Positions 54,300 through 64,000 of a DNA stretch of 64,000 nucleotides are shown here, piece after piece. The notes under the pieces are model-generated. The model ran no database searches, was not told the origin of the DNA, and saw only the letters and a list, made by a program, of their open reading frames with translations. Within the stretch, counting starts at the first letter, position 1. Each line of letters begins with the position of its first letter. Origin of the DNA: the human T2T-CHM13v2.0 reference genome, Homo sapiens. The stretch lies in NCBI RefSeq assembly GCF_009914755.1, contig NC_060942.1, one strand, 5' to 3'. Both the position numbers and the translations under genes were made by a program.

Positions 54300-55450
54300 C
54301 CTTATCACTAAGATTACATATTTCTTAATCACTTAATCACCACTTAATGTCCTATTATTAAAGTGAAAATACATTTTTCTTAAATATCATTTTTTCCCTT
54401 GGAGCTCTCTGGTTCTAATTCGTGTTGTTGATTGTTCGGCTCTACCACGTAACTGTCATTTCAGGATATTTTTCCTTTTTACTCCTAGTCCATTCTTGTT
54501 AGGCTATGCTTACTGTTTTTCTCTCTGTCTGCTTCCTCCATGCTTGGGTTTCCTTTTTGGTTTTTGTCTTTCATTTTTGATATTCATAAGCAATGTTTCA
54601 GAAAGGTATTTGAAAAAATGTTTGAGTCCTTGTAAATATCAAGCATCATTATTTTCATCATACTTACTTAATAGTACAGCTGAAAGTTCAAAATAATTTT
54701 CCCTCAGAACTCTGAAGACATTGCTTTATTGTCCTATAGCATTCAATACTGCTGATGAGAAAGATAGTGGCAATTTAATTCTCCTTCCTTTGTAGATAGG
54801 CAATGTTTCATTTTGGAAGCTTTTACGATATTCTAGGAATCTTTGGAGACCTGATATTATCGGTAGGTATGGGTCTTGCTGGCCACTTAACCGCATAACA
54901 ACCACTGTATTCTAATGAGTGCCGTCAATTTTTCAGTCACAGGGTATCTTTTAACTCATTTTTTTCTTTTACTTTTTTCAGCCATCTTATTTACTATGTC
55001 TTTTTTTTTCCCTTAAAACCATTATTAGATAGATGTTGGCATCCTGGATTAATTCTCTATGTCTGTTAATCTTTTCTTATTGTTTCTATTTATTTATCTT
55101 TTGGCTCAATGCAAAATGAGATTCTTCAACTATTTAAGCTTTTCTACTAGTTTCTTACTGATTTTTAAGCTTCAAGAACCCTTTCTTCTTGGACTTCTCC
55201 CTAAAACTCTGTTCTGGTTTTATAGTTACAGCAGTTTCTTAAATCATCAATGGGACTATTATAAGCTTCTTTCCTGTTCCTTGCATTATCTTAATGCCTT
55301 TTAGGGTTGGCTGTTCTCTTGGGTTACCTTAGTTCCTTTGGCCTTTGTTATTTTCTCAAGGTTTTTAGTAATCATTGATAGTTCATTCATATGTATGAAA
55401 TAGGATGTTAAGTAATGTCTCTGTCACCATGGAAAATTTTATCCCCAAAT
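54300..55450 (-). mobile_element. Very old HAL1/L1M ORF1-region fragment
   Basis: TTTTCCCTCAGAACTCTGAAGACATTGCT..ATTGTC..TAGCATTCAATACTGCTGATGAGAA; T-rich antisense composition. Confidence 0.55.
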
Positions 55451-56050
55451 TTCTCTCTGCTCCAAAGTGGGGCTGACCAACTAGGTTGGTGACCTGGCTG
55501 CTTTCACTATGGAGTTCTAGGAGGACTAGCAGTATGTTGGAAGCTTACAGAATGAGAATGACTTAAGTCTCATTCCTACCTGCGAAAATCATTAAGTTTC
55601 TTTAGAGAGTAGTATCATAATTTTAGGAATTAGGAGAAATCTTATTGGTAATGATGCTTCAGCAGGGACCAGACAGTAGTGGGCAGCGAATGGCCCAGAT
55701 ATTTCTTAGACAGACTTTCCTATTTTCCTGCCTCACTTTCTATATTTACTTTAAATCTCTGAGTCTTAGTCATAAAGAGTAGCTCCCACCTCCTAAGAGG
55801 CTTTGTCCTCTGAAAGTTTTAAGTCTTAGTTTCGCCTGCTTTGTTTAAAACAGAAATATGTTCCTCTTCTTCTTCTCTCTTCCATATATCTATCCAAAAA
55901 GCTGCTCCATTGAGGCCTAGTTATCTTCTCAACCCAGTCTTTTTTCAGAACTGTTATAAGTTTATTGGTTTTTATTTTTCTCTTCTAATTTCAGTAGGAT
56001 TTTTAGAAGAAGGCAAAAAAAAATCCTGTCTGATATTTTGTAGCAGAAGC

Positions 56051-56205
56051 TATATATATACACACACACATATATATACACACACACGTGTAGTATATAT
56101 ATACACATACATATGCATATATATACACACACGTGTAGTATATATATACACACACACACATATACATACACACACACACACACACACACAAACAGACATA
56201 TATAT
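56051..56205. repeat. Compound (TA)n/(CA)n microsatellite with a 45-bp higher-order duplication (CACGTGTAG at 56085 and 56130)
   Basis: Direct reading. Confidence 0.92.
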
Positions 56206-56453
56206 GCGCAGTGGTGTGATCTCAGCTCACTGCAACCTCCGCCTCCCAGGCTCAAGTGATTTTCCTGCCTCAGCCTCCCAAGTAGCTGGGATTACAGGCG
56301 CACACCACTAACACCTGGCTATTTTTTGTATCTTCAGTAGAGAAGGCTTCACCATGTTGGCCAGGCTGGCCTTGAACTCCTGACCTCAAATGATCCACTG
56401 GCCTCGGCCTCCCAAAATGCTGGGATTACAGGCGTGAGACTCCGCGCCTGGCC
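56206..56453 (-). mobile_element. AluS lacking its 3' ~35 nt and poly(A) tail
   Basis: Begins at GCGCAGTGGTGTGATCTCAGCTCACTGCAACC, ends GCGCCTGGCC; CAGAAGC(T/A)ATA at 56044 and 56454. Confidence 0.93.
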
Positions 56454-58572
56454 CAGAAGCAATAATTTTAAGATTAAAAACAAAACCCAAATATGGTTTC
56501 CTCCCCCTTTCTATCTATACTCACACTCTGGGTAAGAAGTAGCAAAAGCAATCAGGTTTTCACCAGACAAGGAGCTCTGTGATTCTCAGCTCTGTCCCAA
56601 CAGCCCATGCACAATGGCTACCAAAAACAAAAACAAACAAACAAACAAAAAACCCCAACAACAAAACACAGATAAGACAAAATGCCAAAATGCAAAGCAC
56701 TGCAGATTTCCAAGAAACTCTTTGGTTTGCAGGCCTAGTATGAGCAAATTTTTTTTACAACGTAAGACCATCCCCTTGTGACTTCATCATTTGTTGACCA
56801 CACAACTGCTGCCAAACCCTAACTCAAATATTCTCCAAGGTAAAACTTGGAAAAATACTTGGGTTTTGGTCCATGATTAATCTTCATCTATTTCTATATA
56901 GGTTATCTCATTATATCACCATTAATATAAAGCAGGTGGGTTACATATCTGAGGAAATGGGCAGGGGGACCCAAATGGTTGAGTTGCAACAGAGCCCACC
57001 ACTGTAGTTATTCACTTCATCTGTGTATGTAGCTTACCACATTCCTGGGACCACAAGCATGGAAACTTAGAGCAATGGTCATTGACTTTTTTCTCCTCTA
57101 TTATTCTCAGTGTTGCTCCTGAATTCTCTGGCTTACCACACTGTGTTTCAACTCACATAACACAAAAATTATTTCCAAACTGTCTGCACAAATGTATTTC
57201 ATATACTTATTCCTTAACCTAATGCATTTCATTCTACTGAAATAATAGTTTTCCCTTCTTATCAATATTGCCCAGCAAGAAACTCAAGCTATTTAAACAG
57301 CAAAGCTGCCAATATTTACAACCTTTTAAGTCAGTAAAGGAATTTAGGTAATTTGTATTTTAGTGTTTACTGGTTGGTTAATGAATATTGTGCTTGGGGT
57401 TTTATTTATTTATACAGCACCTCATTCCAAAAATAAATAATCTGAAATGTCTTGGATATTACAGAATATAGTATGCAAGGAATTAGAATCTGAATATTGT
57501 GTGTTTAGCACATTTTTAGCAAATTAGCTTGCCAGGTTGGAAAACATCAGAGGTTTATCTGATGTAAGCATATTTTAAATTTCTGGGTGTTTCTGTAAAA
57601 AAAAAAAATCAGTCTTTCCTCTTACTTTATACAATTATTAAACAGAGATAAAACAAAGTCCATGTACTGCAGACCTTTCTATTTTATACTGAAACATCCA
57701 AATGATTGACAGGTTTTAAAATTCTATTTATAAAAGGATTGCTCCTCTGTAGACATAAGAAAAATCATTTCAAAGAGAGATGCTCTATAAGAGAAATTCT
57801 TAACATATTTAAAAAATGAGAGACTCCTCTATTGTGTACCTTAATCTGGCTCTTATTCAGTTTTCTATTGTTATACATTCTGTTATAAAATCTATAATAA
57901 ATTAAGACTCCATTGTTTTAAAAAAACATGGTAATATAAGCATTGTAGATAAGGCATTTTGCTCTCAAATATTTGTTTCTATTAGTTTATTTTACTTCTG
58001 TTTATGTGTTGTGCATATAAAACTTTAATCTTTCTATTAAGAAGGAAAAAGATGTGACTTATGTATGATGAAATTTGCTGTAACCTTTATATATGTTCTT
58101 GAAGGAGCCTTGGTTGAAAAAAATCACACACATGTAATTTTTTGTGGGCTATGCACCATCCTTATACATACTAAATATTGCATTGCAATATTTACTATTA
58201 GCTATGAATTGACTTGTAAATGGCAAAACACTCCAGGTTTTTTACATGGTATTATTTTGAAAAATCCAAGCGATATCCCTTTATCATTACTACAATGTTC
58301 TAACTTTGACAACCTAGAAAATAGATTTTTTTTTCAAAAGATACATAACAGAGAACATCCCTTCTATTTGAAATCTCTTTAAATGTTGTGGTTTTAAATT
58401 CTTATAAATATTTTTCTTTAATTACAGTGAGTGGAGGGATAGAGAGAATAGTTTAATTCATACAATATCCACCTCCCAAAATAATAATACTTCAGATTAT
58501 AGTTTTTTAATCTTCAGAATTTTGACCACAATTTTATTTATTAAAAAATATATTTTATAAGATTGTTTCCTT

Positions 58573-58867
58573 GGCTGGGTGTGGTGGCTCACACCTGTAA
58601 TCCCAGCACTTTGGGAGGCCCAGGCGGGTGGTTCACTTGAGGTCAGGAGTTCAAGACCAGTCTGGTCAACATGGTGAAACCCTGTCTCTACTAAAAATAT
58701 AAAAATTAGCCGGGCATGGTAGCAGGTGCCTTTAATCCTAGCTACTCAGGAGATGGAGGCAGGAGAATCACTTGAACCTGGGAGGTGGTCGTTGCAGTGA
58801 ACCGAGATCACACCATGGCACTACAGCCTGGGCGACAAGAGGGAGACTCCGTCTCAAAGAAAAAAAA
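58573..58867 (+). mobile_element. AluS
   Basis: Full dimer; TSD AA(G/A)ATTGTTTCCTT on both sides. Confidence 0.95.
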
Positions 58868-59590
58868 TTGTTTCCTTGCTGTGATTTTGGTGAAGTTAGT
58901 CACTGAACATTGGAAATAAATTGCACCTTGCCTCATTTTCTTTTCTTGAAAATAGAATAAATATAGATAAGATATGAATCTAGAGAACACACACATGTAC
59001 TCACACAACAACACACCATTTCTCCCTTCCCTGGCAAGTCAGGTTTCTTTTACAGGAATGGTAAAAGTTATAATGACATAATGGGAATTCTCCATCAGTT
59101 AATAAATTAGATGATGAAACTAATTCTGACTGCTACTAGGACTGGAGTAGCAGAAAGCAATTTCAATCTATCAAAGCCATGTAGGGACCAGAGATGGGGG
59201 CTATGGCTACAGCTCCAGTACCCACATGTCCACTCACTGCACAGGTAGAGACAGAGGTCTGCAGCCACTTGTCTATATCAGGCAGCATCTGAGATGTAAA
59301 AAGATACTGCCTCGATTTTGGTTAATACCACTTTGGAATATGAAATAATTACTGGATCTCCAGCACATGTCTTCTGGGTAAGAAGGAAAGACACTATATT
59401 CTCTCATTTTACAGTGACAAAATTAAAGCTGAGATGTTACCTTATTCTTTCAAGCAACCATAGTAAGTTGGTGGTATACGCCAGAGTAGAACCCAGAGAT
59501 GCTAATTCCTAAGCAGTGATCTTTTCTCAATACTAGATTATTCTCTTGTATCCTAGATAAGATAGTTAACATTTAAAAAATAAGCAAAGC

Positions 59591-59899
59591 GGGCAGGCGC
59601 AGTGGCTCACGCCTGTAATCCCAGCACTTTGGGAGGCAGAGGCAGGCAGATCACCTGAGGTCAGGAGTTTGAGATCAGCCTGACCAACATGCAGAAACCC
59701 CGTCTCTACTAAAAATACAAAGTCAGCCAGTTGTGGTGGTCCATGCCTGTAATCCCAGCTACTTGGGAGGCTGAGGCAGGAGAATTGCTTGTACCTGGGA
59801 ACCGGGGGTTATGGTGAACCGAGATTGCAACATTGCACTCCACCCTGGGCAACAAGAGCAAAACTCCATCACAAAAAAAAAAAAAAAAAAAAAAAAAAA
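59591..59899 (+). mobile_element. AluSp-like
   Basis: CCTGACCAACATGCAGAAACCCC, GGCAACAAGAGCAAAACTCC; TSD AAGCAAAGC at 59582 and 59898. Confidence 0.93.
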
Positions 59900-60199
59900 G
59901 CAAAGCTCCTTTTTTGCCACAATTACAAAAATGATCAAAGAGATTGTATAAATAAATTATCAGTTTTTTCTTGCACACAATTCTCTTACCCACATGCAAT
60001 ACCTAGTTTCTATCCAATCCCCCTAAGCATGTATTGATATTTTGAAGATCACAACTGGAAGAATAGCTTATTTGTGTTAAATTGTGTAAAAGAAACAATT
60101 TTTATAGAAATACACATAGAATAAAGATGAAACAGACCACAGTGTGCCAGATTCATAGCAAAATATTATTTTAAGCCAATAGAAGAAATAATAGTAGGT

Positions 60200-60395
60200 T
60201 TAACGAACATCTTTACATATTTCAGTGTGCCATGCATGAGCCAATCAATTAATTTAATCCTTATGAAAACTCTTGATAAGTATTAATTTTCCTAGTTTAT
60301 TGACGAGGGCATTGAGCCAAGACAGGTTACATAAATCGCCTAAGTTCATACAGCTAGTAAGCGGAGGAGACACAATTCAAGCCCAAGGATTTACA
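60200..60395 (-). mobile_element. MIR
   Basis: ATTTAATCCTTA, GACGAGGGCATTGAGCC, CATACAGCTAGTAAGCGG..ATTCAAGCCCA. Confidence 0.7.
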
Positions 60396-61659
60396 TTAGT
60401 GCAGATAAAATTTGTCAAAGCTTACCTACATATGGCTCGATTGTGGACCCATCTCATTCATAACACCTTATCGATGTATCAGATCCACACTATTCTGTTG
60501 TTTCTGTTGCAATTGTAGAACCTGTGGCATATAGCAGCACAGTTTAAACTCACAATCATGCAATTGGTCTACCTAGTCTAATTTTTTTAAATTTATCTTT
60601 TTTTGTTTTAAGTAAGTGTCATCTATTTAGCAGTCTGCAAACTTTTTAGAAGTATAGATCTTATTTTTCTTTGATACAGCATAAAATCCAAGTTATGTTG
60701 GACAGAGAATAGATATTACCACACACTTATTGGCAGATTGAAGGGCGTATTAGGAGAGTAAATAAAGTGTGAGTAATAGCAGATTTGGTTGAATAAGGCT
60801 GTACATTCTGGCTTTCTCTCTAAGTGGTTTATTCTGCCAACCCCAATGTCTCAGCTCTTAGGCTGAACTTCTGCCCTTTCCTCTGTGAATCCCTCTTCAG
60901 TTTCTCTCTCTACATGATTTCACCCATTCCCTCTTTGTGAAAACTTCTAAAACTTGTCATCCCATCTTATTCCCTCATTTACCCTCTCGATTGGTACTGC
61001 AGGATGCTTCCTGCTTAAACTGATCATATCTAAAGTGCACTAGTTATTTTATCTTTATGGTAACATTCCTGCTTCTAATCTACAATGCTATTCAGTCTAA
61101 CATCACCATTTGTGAGAATCCTGGATGAGTGGTCATTTGGATGAATTCAGCAGATCTTTATGAACATTTATGGTATGCCAGGAACTGTAGTAAGTGTTCA
61201 GTACAAAAGGGACAATATGTTACCATTTCTTCTATAGCTAGCAGCTAAACAAATCACTTATTATAACGCAAGGTGGGATATTTTACCATAGAAGTCTGCA
61301 AGGGATGCTGTGAAAATTAGCATTTGCACTTGCGCAGCTCTCACAATTTAAGCAATTTTGAATGCAAGTTTAATACAACCTCATGAGGTGTTATTATTAT
61401 AGTCTACAGGTTCTGGAAACCAACTGACTTGCCTAAGTGCTCCCCGCCTTGTCCGCCCTTTATGCGAATGGTGGAAGCATGACGCTTAGTCATTCTCTGT
61501 TTCCTTCCCCATGGGAGAAGAAGAAAGCGGTTTTGCAGATGTCCTTGAATCCCACCACCCTAGTCAGTATAGGGCTGAATGCACAGGAGCTCCCCCAAGT
61601 GTTTGCTATTTGATAAGCAGAATTAAATGCAATGTGTTGTGAAGACAGATTGCAGCTCA

Positions 61660-61835
61660 CTGTGAGAATTTTCAGCTAGCCTGTTTAGAATAGGGTGGAT
61701 TTGTCTCATCCTCTAGAAGTGCTCAAGCAGTTTCTGTAGAAACCGTTTTGGGGAGATGAACAGGTTTTATGCATATGATGGGATATTTGTATAAGTGACC
61801 TCTGAGTCTCCTTCCAACTACACGTTTCTCTGGTT
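61660..61835 (+). mobile_element. L3/CR1 (or MIR3) 3'-end fragment
   Basis: CATCCTCTAGAAGTGCTCAAGCAG ... TGACCTCTGAGTCTCCTTCCAACT. Confidence 0.5.
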
Positions 61836-62037
61836 AATTTCTTTATCCAGTTCTTCTACGGCTATAGACTGAGAGCTTATCTTTCCTTAAAAGATGCCAG
61901 ATACCACCTCCTTAAGCCACTGATTCTTAATAGATAAAGAGTTGCTATTTATGACAGTTGTGCAAACTCATAATCAATCAGTACAACACAAGGTATGTGA
62001 TTTTATTGAACCCTCCCCCTGATGACTTAAGACATCT

Positions 62038-62335
62038 GTGGCTCATGCCTCTAATCCCAGCACTTAAGGAGGCCAAGGTGGGTGGATTGCTTCAGGGCAG
62101 GAGTTTGAGACCACCCTGGCCAACATGGCGAAATCACATCTCTACCAAAATTACAAAATTAGCTGGGTGTGGTGGTACATGCCTATCGTAATCCCAGCTA
62201 CATCTGGAGGCTGAGGCAGGAGAATTGCTTGAACCCAGGAGGCAGAGCTTGCAGTGAGCCAAGATCACACCACTGCACTACAGCCTGGGTGACACAGTGA
62301 GACTCTGTCTCAAATTTAAAAAAAAAAAAAAAAAA
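62038..62335 (+). mobile_element. Old Alu (Sz/Jb-like), slightly 5'-truncated
   Basis: Starts GTGGCTCATGCC; dimer with A tail. Confidence 0.92.
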
Positions 62336-64000
62336 CACATGTGAAATGAGTTTATTACAATCTTCAGCATGGTGCAATATCTAGTTAGAGGACTGAGTCC
62401 AGTAATCAGTCTTTTTTTTCTAAATGATTGTTCTAGTTGCCATAAAGGTAAGTTAAATAAAGTTAGAAAATATCTCTGACAAGAAAAGGATAATTATTTT
62501 GTAACATCTATTGAGACCCACAAAACTTGTTGAAAAGTGGCTGCAAGGCATGATGAGTTAGTCAAAGGCAGAGGGATAAGAAAAGTTCTTAACTGGTTAT
62601 AGCCAGTTTTATTTTGTGTAGAGATTTTTACGTAGGATGTAACTCCAACTTACTAGAACATTTGGCAAAGGTACAATAATGTGCTTGGCGGTGGAAGAAA
62701 GTATAGGAGGAGCACATTATAACTCTAGAATATTCTAACTCCTGTATAAAACACAATGAAAATATTCCCTCTCACAACACCACACTGGTCACCTCTAATA
62801 TTAATGGAATGTCTGTTACCATGAACATTTAAATGAGAAACTCGGGTTCTATTATTGCCTCATGTGGTTGTGAGTATTGGCTAAGGAGACTGTATTGTCA
62901 AAGGAAATTTGGGATAGAAAAGGGTGTAGAGTTATGATCTTGCATGGTTCAAGTTCAGACTTGGACAGAGACAAAAAGATGAATTAGGTGAGTTTTTTGA
63001 ATTCCCAGGAAGTAATATGGATTGGGGACACATAGTTCTGTTTTCCTGGGTGCATATTTCTGCTGTTTCAGTGATAAAATTATAGCTTCTACTTTGCGGG
63101 AATAAGTAACTAATAGTTCTCATTTTTATAAGTTCTGAGAATTTTCTATGATTTTTTTTTTCATGTTACATATCTGAGGGACATACTCTCCACTCTCTCT
63201 CTCTCTCTGTAATGTGGATTAAGATAAGTAAGGAGTTTTCTTAGAATTAGGGCAAGTTTTTAAGCACCATAGCTTATTTTGCCTTGAATGATCAGGCATT
63301 GCACCATGAGACCTTCTTATAGGTATAGCTAAGTTGAGAGTTGCCCACACTGACAAAACTATCCAGCTCAGTTATGTTAACAAAAAAAGGAATCTCAACT
63401 TAGGTAAGAGTAGCCACTATGTCTCAGGAATAGTCCTATTGCTTAACTCTCTTACAAAATGCTAAAATTAACATTGCCCATAAGATTTTCTATAAAAAGC
63501 AGCCATCTAGATCCTTTGAGTTTCATTGTTTTTCTCCTTACCAGTTGAATTTATTGACAGAATACTCTTTTTAAAGACCATCCTTGAGAGTGAATTAAGT
63601 AACAGATTCTTGGCAAATCTTTCTCAAAATTTCCACCAATTTAGGAATGTGAGGAAAGTTGGGGGTTGGGGGAGGCAGGGGGTAAAGTGGCAATTTGTAT
63701 TCCAATTACTTGATTTCCTGAGAATAGAAAGTTGCCTTAAATTAAACAAGGAAGAGAAAAACCCATGCATCAAATAAATTGAGGAATTCATTTCATACCA
63801 GGCTTATATTTTATGCTCAGTTTCTGGTGGGATATGAACGTACGATTCTCATACTTCAGTGAGTCAGTGTGTTATGTAAACATGGCCTTAGTGGCAATTA
63901 CTATTATAAAATTGGTGATAGATGTAGCTTTTGCTTTACTGACTGCAAATTAAATTTAGTTGGAAAGATAATTCTAGTTAAATGTTTTAATTAGCAACCT

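Noticed and set aside
55841-56311. 156-aa ORF and overlapping minus ORFs
   Set aside because: Open only because of TA/CA microsatellite and Alu sequence

Overview
AT-rich, CpG-depleted primate genomic DNA, probably human or another ape (AluY and L1PA3/4-like elements present). It reads as intronic or intergenic: I found no CpG island, tRNA/rRNA or recognisable host protein-coding exon, and I cannot name the locus. Where the ORF track is recognisable it is Alu, L1, LTR or microsatellite read-through; the only clearly intact protein homology is a 5'-truncated L1 ORF2 (31030-32235). Much of the window is interspersed repeats: 10 Alus, L1 fragments of many ages, MaLR/ERVL solo LTRs, hAT/mariner MITEs, MIR, L2 and an ancient CR1/L3 fragment. 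The most notable structure is a ~2.2 kb composite insertion (30451-32661). One 14-bp direct repeat (AAAGGCCCGGTGTG) brackets a short L1 3' end, ~380 bp unique DNA, a second younger L1, ~180 bp unique DNA and an A-run. This points to an L1 3' transduction or chimeric retrocopy that repeat masking would split into two unrelated L1s. Lesser items are a snap-back templated insertion, an Alu whose 3' end is replaced by a microsatellite, a MADE1/miR-548-like hairpin and some candidate splice signals. I do not see support for a new biological system beyond these. All repeat family and subfamily names are by eye from remembered consensus sequences, and boundaries are approximate unless TSDs are quoted.
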